Below are positions 8,816 through 18,419 of a DNA stretch of 64,000 bases, one piece after another. The position numbers and the translations under genes are program-made. Source of the stretch: an uncultured Bacteroidota bacterium (GTDB lineage Bacteria > Bacteroidota > Ignavibacteria > UBA10030 > UBA6906); contig CAVOYH010000003.1 in assembly GCA_963700635.1 (NCBI GenBank), positions 1,344,001 to 1,408,000 on the forward strand. The letters run 5' to 3'. How positions within the stretch are numbered: the first letter of the stretch is position 1; each line of letters opens with the position of its first letter. The notes under the pieces were generated by a model. The model saw only the letters and a program-made list of their open reading frames with translations, did not search any database and had not been told where the DNA came from.

Positions 8816-10576
8816 TTATACCTCGGTTGGCGAAGGAAGGTGTTTGTACCAGGTGAAGTAGAGGACCACGGCTGTGAGGAGGGCGAATCCGAACCATACG
8901 CCGGCGTGTGTCCATTCTCTCAGGAAGATGTAGAACGGAGCGATACCAAGGCACAGTTGAAAGAAGGCCGCAACAAAAGCATTGATCACGTCCATCCTTG
9001 GCATATGGTCGTTCCGTGGAACCAGGCCCCGGCGAACCGCCTCTTCCCGGACCGGTTTCCAGAATCCAAACGGGCGTACGTTCGTATAGAACCTGACCAG
9101 CGTGTCCATGTCTGCGGGCCGGGTCAGGAACGTGATCACAACGCACAGGATGATTGACGAGCTCATCAGAAACACAATGGCCCAGTGTAACGGGAGCGCA
9201 TTCAGGAAGATTTTATGGACAAGAACCACGCAGGTTGAGGCAGCCATGCTCCAGATGAATGCGCGTGCGCCGAACCTCCACCAGTGCCAGCGTAATGTCC
9301 CGGGCACAAGGATCATGGTGAGCATAATATAGAGGAGCATCTCCCACGCCGATACAATGCTCTCGTACATAAAACTCATCGCAAATCCCAGGATGATGGC
9401 CACGCTGGAGACGATCATGCCCAGGCGGACAAGCGAGGATTCGGACATGTTGCGGGCCACCGAACGTTTTAGCAGATCGTTGAGGACAACATTACTCGTG
9501 ACATTGATGATAGCACTCAGCGTTGACATCAGCGCGGCAAGGAGTATCGCCATCATGAGTCCGGCGACGCCGCTGGGCAGGTTCTTGATAACCAGCGGCA
9601 TGATCTTCTCCGCGTCAAAGGTGGTATCCGTGCCAAGGTAATACACTCCAAAACAGAGGAACGAACCGGCAATAAACCAGCGGACGGTGTGGCCCAGCGT
9701 CCACATGCCGGCGGAGAGGGAGGCCTCTCTGGCACTTTTGGCCGTCAGGAAGAAGGCGAAGTCCCACCCGAGCGGACCCATAAGCAACTTCAAGACAAGC
9801 CAGAGAACACTGGCTGCGATCAGGGGTCCGAACGCAAAATACTGATGGTAATTTGCGGGAACGGTGGTTAGAAACTCAGGCCACAGGTGCCATGACAGCG
9901 CGAGCGAATCCCATCCCGGAGTCCTGGCTGCAAGCGTGGAAAGTCCATCGGGAAGCTGGAGGGCGGCGAAGGAGAGCCCGGCAGCACCGATTACGATCAA
10001 CACAGTCTGAAAAATGTCTGTCCAGATAACCCCGAAAAATCCGCCGAGCGTCACATAAATGCCCACCACGACAAACACGATCAGCGTTGACGCCCATCGC
10101 GGGAGAGGGACAAACTCCTCGGCAAATTTTCCGGTGCCCACCGCGACGTAAATCAGAGTCAGGATCATGGAGAGCAGGACGAAGGCCGCAACGATCGTGC
10201 GCAGATACTCCGTTTCACGGTTTTTTCCGAACCGGGTCTCCATCCACTCGGCGGGGGTCATCACACCCGATCGCCTGATATATTTTGCCTGGAAGGCCAT
10301 GAACATCGCCATCCCGAAAAATCCCCAGGCGAAATGGATAACCCAGACGGATTTGATCCCGAGATAAAACATCAGGCCGATGATGAGCATGGTCCCGCCG
10401 ATATCCACATAGCTGGAACATCCCGAAAGCCCGATCATCCACCACGTGGCCTTACGATCGGCCAGGTAGTATGAGTCGAGTTTCTTTGTGGCACGCCGCT
10501 GAAACGCAACACCGATGGACATCGTTGCGAGGAGATACACGATGACAATAAAAAGATCGATGGGTTGAACCTGCAT
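8816..10576 (-). CDS. Sodium:solute symporter family protein
   Basis: YYLADRK, T(P)AEWMETRFG, YVTLGGFFGVIWTDIFQ, LAALMSTLS; many TM helices; AGGAGA before ATG 10576; upstream of GH38. Confidence 0.9.
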   Translation of the reverse strand: MQVQPIDLFIVIVYLLATMSIGVAFQRRATKKLDSYYLADRKATWWMIGLSGCSSYVDIGGTMLIIGLMFYLGIKSVWVIHFAWGFFGMAMFMAFQAKYIRRSGVMTPAEWMETRFGKNRETEYLRTIVAAFVLLSMILTLIYVAVGTGKFAEEFVPLPRWASTLIVFVVVGIYVTLGGFFGVIWTDIFQTVLIVIGAAGLSFAALQLPDGLSTLAARTPGWDSLALSWHLWPEFLTTVPANYHQYFAFGPLIAASVLWLVLKLLMGPLGWDFAFFLTAKSAREASLSAGMWTLGHTVRWFIAGSFLCFGVYYLGTDTTFDAEKIMPLVIKNLPSGVAGLMMAILLAALMSTLSAIINVTSNVVLNDLLKRSVARNMSESSLVRLGMIVSSVAIILGFAMSFMYESIVSAWEMLLYIMLTMILVPGTLRWHWWRFGARAFIWSMAASTCVVLVHKIFLNALPLHWAIVFLMSSSIILCVVITFLTRPADMDTLVRFYTNVRPFGFWKPVREEAVRRGLVPRNDHMPRMDVINAFVAAFFQLCLGIAPFYIFLREWTHAGVWFGFALLTAVVLYFTWYKHLPSPTEV

Positions 10577-10793
10577 TACGGATGTCTCCTCTGCGGAGTA
10601 TCGGCAACATGCGTTGATGGATTGAAGAAGAGCGGGTGAAAAGGTAGGGCGAAATATCAAAAGAAATATCATGAAATGAAAGACGCCCGGGCCCGTTTCC
10701 CCGAAGAGCCCGGGAATACCATAGGTACGATACATTGACTTTTTGCACGTACCGAAGTACTTTGAGTGAGAGTAATCTTCCGGGAGGCCTGCC

Positions 10794-12293
10794 ATGCCGA
10801 CACCATGCACCCGCCTGCTCCTTCTCATCCCTTTCCTCCTGGCACTATGCAGACCGGTCGTCACCGCGACAGACCGGGCACCCGCCTGTGCCGGGCAGTT
10901 CTATCCGGCATCGCCGGCCGAGTTACGAGCAACTCTCACAGAGCTGTTTCGTCATGCGGCACGGGAACAGGAAAAAGGGGACATAGAGGCCCTTATCCTC
11001 CCTCATGCCGGCTACATCTTTTCCGGCGGGGTGGCTGCCGCAGGGGTTGCGCAGGTGAATCCCCGGCAACAGATTGACAACATCTTTCTGATCGGGGTAA
11101 GCCACCATGCGGCATACAGTGGCGCCGCGGTGTATGCTGCGGGCGATTTTCTCACGCCGCTCGGCCGCGTCCCCGTCAATATGAACATTGCCCGGACACT
11201 TCTGAACCAGCGTGACCTGTTTCTCGAGAACGATCGGGCCCACGCGGTTGATCACTCGCTCGAAGTCCAGCTCCCCCTTCTCCAGTTCCACCTGCAGAAG
11301 CCGTTCAGAATCGTGCCCATCCTGCTGGGCACGTCGGACCTGGCACTGTGTACCCGTATCGCACAGGTGCTCAAACCATATTGTACCGCCGGAAATCTTT
11401 TTGTTATCAGCACCGACCTGTCGCATTATCCCTCCTACCGGGAGGCTGTGACAACCGACCGGAGAACGATTAAAGCTGTCCTGTCGGGCTCCACCCGAGA
11501 ACTGCTCCGGACAATAGAGCAAAACGAACGGGCGGGGATCAGCCATCTGGCGACTTCCATGTGTGGATTGGGCGGAGTGCTCCTGCTTCAGGAAATAGTC
11601 GGGACGGACAACGGCGGACGGTTTTCTCTGGTGCAATACAGAAACTCCGGTGATGCGGCTGTGGGCGAAAAAAGCCGTGTTGTCGGGTATGCCTCGATCG
11701 TCGTGACACGGCCGGAGAGTGAATCGTTTCTTCTCTCACCCGACGATAAGCGCCAGCTCCTGGTCATTGCACGATCCACTCTGGCCGAATATCTGCAACA
11801 TCGTCGGCTGCCGGACCTGTCCGGCGACCGGCTTTCTGCGCCTCTTCGCACCCCCTGTGGAGCTTTTGTTACCCTCAGGAAACAAGGCGAACTTCGGGGA
11901 TGTGTCGGAAATTTCTCCGGCATGGAAGAATTGGCCCGCACAGTCCAGAAGCTGGCGGTCGCCGCAGCGACCGAGGATCATCGTTTTACTCCCGTGACTG
12001 CCGGTGAACTCAAAAGTCTCTCTATCGAAATCTCAGCGCTTTCGCCGATGCGAAGGGTCGTCTCACCGAAGGAGATAACGCTGGGCAAGCACGGTATCTA
12101 TATCAGGAAGGGCGATCGGACCGGAACATTTCTGCCTCAGGTAGCACTGGAAACCGGATGGTCTCTGGATGAATTTCTTGGCCATTGTGCACGGGACAAA
12201 GCCGGGATCGGATGGGATGGGTGGAAAGATGCAGAACTGTTTGTGTACGAGGCAATTGTCTTCGGTGAGCCCGACCATGCCGGACAACGCTAA
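10794..12293 (+). CDS. amrB: AmmeMemoRadiSam system protein B (Memo) fused to protein A (AMMECR1)
   Basis: Memo motifs AGQFYP, PHAGYIFSG, HSLEVQLP, STDLSHY, SMCG, VVGY; AMMECR1 motifs GAFVTL, LRGCVG, FLPQVA. Confidence 0.92.
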   Translation: MPTPCTRLLLLIPFLLALCRPVVTATDRAPACAGQFYPASPAELRATLTELFRHAAREQEKGDIEALILPHAGYIFSGGVAAAGVAQVNPRQQIDNIFLIGVSHHAAYSGAAVYAAGDFLTPLGRVPVNMNIARTLLNQRDLFLENDRAHAVDHSLEVQLPLLQFHLQKPFRIVPILLGTSDLALCTRIAQVLKPYCTAGNLFVISTDLSHYPSYREAVTTDRRTIKAVLSGSTRELLRTIEQNERAGISHLATSMCGLGGVLLLQEIVGTDNGGRFSLVQYRNSGDAAVGEKSRVVGYASIVVTRPESESFLLSPDDKRQLLVIARSTLAEYLQHRRLPDLSGDRLSAPLRTPCGAFVTLRKQGELRGCVGNFSGMEELARTVQKLAVAAATEDHRFTPVTAGELKSLSIEISALSPMRRVVSPKEITLGKHGIYIRKGDRTGTFLPQVALETGWSLDEFLGHCARDKAGIGWDGWKDAELFVYEAIVFGEPDHAGQR

Positions 12294-14411
12294 CGGGTGG
12301 CGCATCACCACCGTTCTGGCAGGAGCCATTACCGCTGGAACACAGATTGTGTTGCTGCGCGAAGTGTTGTCGGCTTTTCTGGGGAACGAGCTTGTTTTCG
12401 GAATCCTCCTGTTTGACTGGCTGGCGCTCACGGGGTTGGGCGCGGTGCTTGCCCGGCGCTGGACACCACGTCTGCGTCCCTCCGTAGTCCCTTCTATAGT
12501 ATTAGGGGCCCTTCTTCTCCTGCCTCCCCTCACGTTTCTCGGCTTCCGCATCCTTCCGCTTGTCGTCGCTCCTCCCGGAAGTATGCTCGAGATCTGGATC
12601 TTCCTCGTCGGCGCGATTCTCGTTCTGAGTCCCGTGTGTCTGATTTCGGGAGCGGTGTTTTCCATGCTGGTGGGTGCCTCCGTATCCGGCGGGACAGCGA
12701 ACCCGGCCGGCAACGTGTATGCCCTGGAAGCGGCCGGGAGTCTTGGCGGGGGAGTCTTGTTCGGGATTTTCCTGTTTGATCTGATTGTTTCCCAGGACCT
12801 TCTCGTGCTGCTCTGCGCGGGAGCCGGAACTGCAGGAGCTGTGCTCGCATATCAGTCAGGAGTCCGCCGCGCTGCGGCATTACTTACGGTGGGTGTCCTC
12901 TTGCTGGTTTACGCACGGATTTCGTTCGACGTGGATACGCTGACTTTTGCGCTCCGATATCCCGGGCAGTGATTCTCGCTCATAAGGAAACCCCTTTCGG
13001 TGTCCTGACCGTTACCCGGCTCGGCGAGCAAACGACGGTGTATGCAAACAATGTTCCCCTGTTCGTCAGCGGTGACATTGCGGGAACCGAAGAGATCGTC
13101 CACTTCGCGCTGGTGCAGCGTTATCACTCCCCGGCCGTACTGATTGCCGGGGGCAATCCGTCAGATCTTGTTCCTGAAGTTCTCCGGTACGCCGGCAGCA
13201 CGGTTGATTGTATCGAGGAGAACCCCTGGCTCAGGCAGGTGGAGGAGAGGTATCTTCTGCTTCCGCACCAACCGCGTGTCCGGTACGTACTCGGGGATCT
13301 CCGGCGTCATCTCCTTAGTACACCGGAGCAGTACGATGTGATTATCGTGGTCGCCCCCGAGCCCTCGACACTTCAGCTAAACCGGCTGTATACCCGCGAA
13401 TCGATTCAGCTCGCGTACCGCGCTCTCAAACGTTCCGGGGTGCTCTGTCTGGCGCTTCCGTCTTCTGCCGAGTATGCCGGCGGTGACGCACGGAGCGTCC
13501 GTGCGATCCTGCGGAATACGCTTTTGGAATCGTTTGGTCAGGTCCGGATTCTTCCCGCAGGCCGTGACGTGTTTCTGGCTTCTGATTCCACACTCCGGAT
13601 GGATATTGGGGCTGCAATCGGGGAGACCGGTGTGCAGACATCGTATGTTAATGCCTACTACATTCAGGATGATCTGCTTGCGGCCCGGGCTCAGCGCCTG
13701 AGTGCGTCGATCAATGGAAGCAGTGGGATAAATACGGACGCCCATCCTGTTCTGATGCTCGCGCAGATGCAATACTGGCTTCGCCTGTTTAATGTCGAAC
13801 TCTGGATCCCGGTTCTGATCGGTCTCGTTGGTGTTGTCTTCCTGTTCATTCACACCGACCGCCTATCCCTGGGCGTGGTCACTGCCGGTTGCGGCGGAAT
13901 TACCCTGGAGCTGACAGTCTTGATGATCGTGCAGGTTGGCTTTGGCAATGTCTACAAAGTGAGTGGTGGACTCATTGGTCTGTACATGGCAGGCATGAGT
14001 GTCGGTGCGTTTGCTGCCGGACGTTTGAAGCGTGGATCACGGTGGTATACAACGATGCAGTGTGGGCTCGCGCTTACGCTCGTCGGCACCGCGCTGCTGC
14101 AACCCGGGGTATCGGCGGGTTCCTTTTCCGCCGTCGTCGGACTGATGACCTGCCTCTTCCTGGGATCACTGAGTGCAGGCGCCGTGTTTGCGCTTACTTC
14201 CCGGTTGGGGTTGGAAAACCCTGTGACTTCCGGGTCGCGGCTCTATGGCGTGGATCTGCTGGGATCGGCGATGGCGGCATTCTTCGTCGGTCCCTTCTTA
14301 CTCCCATTGTTCGGTGTGTTCGCGGTTGCCGGTTCTGCCGCAGCAGTGGTGCTCTTTGGAGCTTATGTCTCACTCTCGTCTCCGGCGTGGAGGATGTATG
14401 AAAAAGCGTAA
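12277..14411 (+). CDS. Membrane-embedded spermidine-synthase-like protein (TM bundle + SAM-MTase-like domain + TM bundle); split by one frameshift at ~12969
   Basis: QIVLLRE...GNEL and YALEAAGSLGGG in ORF 12277-12972; ETPFG, YDVII, NRLYTRE, NTDAHP, LYGVDLLGS in ORF 12969-14411; adding one G (cagtg to caggtg) fuses them as ...YPGQVILAHKETPFG. Confidence 0.8.
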
Positions 14412-15546
14412 ATTTCTACAATGCTGCGCGCTTGGTGCGGTAGGTGCCTTTGCTCATCTTCCGATTCCACGGCGTTTGCAAGCAGAGTTCACCGATTGGA
14501 CCAAAGGAGAGCCGGCTGACGACACACTCTGGAAATGGAGCAAGGAAGCGCTCTTTGTAGAACCGGCCGGCGACGGCGTACACTGTCTGAAGTGTCCGAA
14601 CAGTTGTGTTATCCCAGCCGGGGGAACCGGAACCTGTCGCAACCGCGTGAACGTTCGCGGGAAGCTGTACTCCATTGCATACGGCAATCCGTGTGCCGTT
14701 CATGTTGATCCAATCGAAAAAAAACCACTCCTCCATTTTCTGCCCGGAACCCGGGCATTTTCCATCGCTGCGGCAGGCTGTAACCTGGCATGCCTGAACT
14801 GCCAGAACTGGGAAATCTCGCAGGTGAGTCCGAAGGAAACCCGCAATCATGATCTGATGCCGCGCGCGGTTGTGGATGAATGCCGGCAGTCAGGTTGCGC
14901 ATCCATTGCCTACACCTATTCAGAACCAACAACATTTTATGAATATGCCTTTGATACTGCTGAAATCGCGCGTCGTGAGGGGATCCGGAATGTCTGGAAG
15001 TCGAACGGTTACATCGAAGAACTTCCGTTGCGCACGCTCGGTCGTGTGATGGATGCGGCAAACATCGATTTGAAAAGTTTTGACGATACTCTCTATGCCC
15101 GTCTGAATGCGGGCACACTTGCTCCGGTATTACGAACGCTCCGGGTGTTCCGTGAAATGCGTGTCTGGTTGGAGATCACGAATCTGGTGATCCCCGGGTG
15201 GACCGACGATGTGAGCATGATACGCCGCATGTGCGCCTGGTTGTGCAGCAACGGCCTTGCCGACGCCCCCCTTCATTTTAGCCGTTTTGTCCCTATCTAT
15301 AAATTGAACCAGCTGCCGCCAACGCCGGTAAAACGGCTGGAAGAAGCCCATGCCGCAGCCGTCAGCGAAGGGATGCAGTATGTGTACATTGGGAACGTCC
15401 CCGGCCATCCGGCCGAACATACGTATTGTCATCACTGCAAGAAGATAGTTTTCAAGCGGCGCGGCTACTCTATACTTTCCAGCAACCTCAAGAAAGGGAA
15501 ATGTGGGTTCTGCGGCACCGGGATTCCGGGCGTCTGGCAGATGTAA
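14398..15546 (+). CDS. amrS: AmmeMemoRadiSam system radical SAM enzyme
   Basis: DPIEKKPLLHF, GCNLACLNCQNWEISQ (CxxxCxxC), AYTYSEP, YIGNV; GGAGG before ATG 14398. Confidence 0.93.
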   Translation: MKKRKFLQCCALGAVGAFAHLPIPRRLQAEFTDWTKGEPADDTLWKWSKEALFVEPAGDGVHCLKCPNSCVIPAGGTGTCRNRVNVRGKLYSIAYGNPCAVHVDPIEKKPLLHFLPGTRAFSIAAAGCNLACLNCQNWEISQVSPKETRNHDLMPRAVVDECRQSGCASIAYTYSEPTTFYEYAFDTAEIARREGIRNVWKSNGYIEELPLRTLGRVMDAANIDLKSFDDTLYARLNAGTLAPVLRTLRVFREMRVWLEITNLVIPGWTDDVSMIRRMCAWLCSNGLADAPLHFSRFVPIYKLNQLPPTPVKRLEEAHAAAVSEGMQYVYIGNVPGHPAEHTYCHHCKKIVFKRRGYSILSSNLKKGKCGFCGTGIPGVWQM

Positions 15547-15670
15547 TTTTCCTCCGAAGGAACGATTACGGCATTTCAAGGGTTTACTGTAAGATACGAC
15601 GGATAGCTCCGTTCTTTGAATATGTTGTCCTTTCCGGGAGAGCACCACCGGCTCTTGGGCGCAAACTGCC

Positions 15671-17267
15671 ATGTACCAACAAACCGATCCAGGGCGTATG
15701 TCGTTTATTCGAACAATGTTGTGCCTGCCGGCCATGCTTCTCGGCTGCGTCATGAACAGTCCAGCTCAACTCCAGCCCTCCGATCCGGACAGTCTTCTCC
15801 TCAGCATTTTGAATCAGCGTGCGGGAACACCGCTTACGCTGGACCATGCCATCCGGCACACCCTGCAAACGTCTCCTTCCATCCTTGCCGCCGCGGCCGC
15901 AGTTGAGGGTGCGCGTGGTGTAGTGCGCCGGGAGGGTGGTACGTTTGATCCGGAACTCTCCCTTGCGTGGCACTATAGCGACCAGAAACAACCAACCGCA
16001 TCATTTTTTGCAGGCGCATCTCTCCTCCGTACCCTTTCGGCCGCCGGAAGTGCCGGCTTGAAGTGGAGTCTCCCCACGGGGACGACGGTCGAAGCCACGC
16101 TGGATGCCCTTCGTCTGAACACGAATTCTTCCTTTGCATTTCTCACTCCGCAGTACACCACCGCCGGAACGCTCACTCTGCGGCAGCCGCTGCTGCGGGG
16201 ATTTACCATCTCCGCACGGAAGGGGCTTACGAATGCGGAACAGCAGATGGAGGCCGCGGAGGCGCGTCTGAAGCAGGAGAGTCTTACGCTCGGCACCCTT
16301 ATGGAACATTTGTACTGGGACCTCTATGCCGGAGAGCGGGACTACGCAGTACAAAAACTCACGCTCGATCGCGCCGCAGCATTCCTGAGAGAAACCGAAC
16401 TCAGGGCACAAACGGGGCTGATCGGTCCAAGTCAGGTAGCAAATGCCCGGACGTTTCTTGCCGAGCAAAAGATTCTGCTGCTCGAACGGGAAGAACAAGT
16501 TGATCGGCTCTCAGATCATGTTGCTGCGGTACTTGGTGTCAGGCCGGATCAGGCACGTTTTAAAACCATGGACCAACCGCGGGATACATTCTCTGCGGGA
16601 GAACCCGATGCGCTCGTACAGGCAGCGCTGAACGGGAATCTGGGACTGCGTGCGGTGAAGGCCGAGATTGAAGCACGGCGGACATTTTCGCGTGCTGCCG
16701 GGTGGGAAGCTCTGCCAAGCGTTGATCTTATCGGGTCCCTCGGTGGAACCGGGCTTGCCGGGACCGGACGGGATGTGATTTTCGGCGCGGATACGTTGCG
16801 GACACCGGTCGGAGGCGGGTTGGGCGATGCCTTACGTCAGGCAGTCAACCGCGACTTCCCCAACTGGCACGTCGGTCTTGAAGTGCAGGTGCCGATCGGT
16901 TTCAGGAGCGGACTGGGTGAACAGGATCGCCTGGAGGCCGAAGTCATCATTGCGGAACAACGGTACGAACAGGAAGGCCGGATTCTGGAGGCGGAGGTCC
17001 GGTCGAGCTACAGGGAATTGTCAAATGGACAGAGACGGCTGAATGCGGCGCGTGAGGGGGTCACAGCGGCACAGGAGCAGATACGCATTGGCCTTATCGA
17101 ATTTCAGAACGGCCGGTCTACCGCGTTCGAGCTGGTGCGTCTGGGCGCCGACTTTGCGATTGCACAGCAACGGTACTCACAGGCACTGGTGCGCGGGAGC
17201 GAAGACCGCCGCTACATTACGCCAGCTCACTTCAGGTGCGTATGATCCCACCCCGGCACAACAGTAA
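15671..17267 (+). CDS. TolC-family outer membrane efflux protein; frameshift at ~17196 near the C-terminus
   Basis: LRQPLLRG, LPSVDL, two-repeat TolC pattern; removing one G from GGG 17195-17197 gives ALVRGAKTAATLRQLTSGAY ending at 17267. Confidence 0.85.
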
Positions 17268-17316
17268 AGGCCGTGGATGTGATCGTTTTTTTAGTTCAGA
17301 AAGAAGGAATCATCGG

Positions 17317-18414
17317 ATGCACATACGAAACGTGATGTTCACATGGGTCCTGCTGCTCACTGCTGCGGGCACAACTTCCCTGTTCCTTTCAGGATGCGGC
17401 AACAACGCGGATGGTCGGGGCTTTTCCATGCCACCGATGCCTGTTGAGGTCAGCACCGTTGTGGTGCAGAAGGTCGAAGATAAGTTTGAGGCTATCGGGA
17501 CCATGGAGGCAATCGAAGCGATTACCGTAGTGGGAGAAATTGATGCATCCATCAAGAGTCTTCCCTTCAAGGAGGGGGGAACCATCAGGAAGGATGAACT
17601 GATTGCCCGGCTCGACGATGCGCAGCTTGCTGCCGAAGTTGCCCGTGCCGAAGCTCTCCTGGCCCAGAGCAAATCTACGTACAAACGGGTGAAAAGTGTG
17701 GTCGATCAGGGAGCTGGCGCGCCGCAGGATCTCGACGACGCTGCCGCCGGGTTGAAGGTTGCCGAGGCAAATCTTGATCTGGCCCGCGCACGATTTGCCA
17801 AGACCAGAGTCGTGGCGCCGTTTGAGGGTATTATCGGTGCCCGGCGGGTTAGTGTTGGAACATTCCTCAGGGCCGGCCAGGCCATCGCAGACCTGGCAAA
17901 CATCGGCGAGATTCGTGTCACCTTCTCTGCACCGGAACGGTTTCTTGCCCGGCTTACACCGGGTGCCGGGGTGAGCATCGCCAGTCCGGCTTACCCGGGG
18001 ACCAGACTTAACGGACGGATTGCGGTCGTGGAACCTATTATCGACCCCAACACACGCAGTGCGCGGGTTGTGGCGCGGGTGCAAAACGTCGGGCAGAAAT
18101 TCCGGCCCGGCATGTCCGCCAATGTGTCGGCAGTCCTGGGCACACGTCCGGATGCGATCACGATTCCCAACGAAGCCGTGTTCGGCAGCGGCAATCAGTC
18201 GTTTGTGTTTGTTATGAACCCCGACAGCACGGTCGCGCGCGTAGTGCTCACGCTCGGGACCCGCTCATCGGAATACGTGGAAGTGCTCGAAGGGCTTGCA
18301 CCGGGGATGATTGTGGTGAAGGCAGGTCATCAGAAACTGTTTGACGGGGGAAAAGTGTTCCCGATCTTCAGCGAACGGCCGACCGGGATCGATATGAAGC
18401 AAGGCGGGGGCTAG
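17317..18414 (+). CDS. RND efflux periplasmic adaptor (membrane fusion protein), lipoprotein
   Basis: LSGC lipobox; VVAPFEGIIG, IDPNTRS, FRPGM, AITIPNEAV. Confidence 0.92.
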   Translation: MHIRNVMFTWVLLLTAAGTTSLFLSGCGNNADGRGFSMPPMPVEVSTVVVQKVEDKFEAIGTMEAIEAITVVGEIDASIKSLPFKEGGTIRKDELIARLDDAQLAAEVARAEALLAQSKSTYKRVKSVVDQGAGAPQDLDDAAAGLKVAEANLDLARARFAKTRVVAPFEGIIGARRVSVGTFLRAGQAIADLANIGEIRVTFSAPERFLARLTPGAGVSIASPAYPGTRLNGRIAVVEPIIDPNTRSARVVARVQNVGQKFRPGMSANVSAVLGTRPDAITIPNEAVFGSGNQSFVFVMNPDSTVARVVLTLGTRSSEYVEVLEGLAPGMIVVKAGHQKLFDGGKVFPIFSERPTGIDMKQGGG

Positions 18415-18419
18415 CGCAT

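Noticed and set aside
8775-9146. Long N-terminal extensions in the ORF track (GH38, symporter, prfC, amrS, USP, csp)
   Set aside because: They overlap neighbouring genes or promoters; downstream ATGs match the family N-termini, most with an RBS
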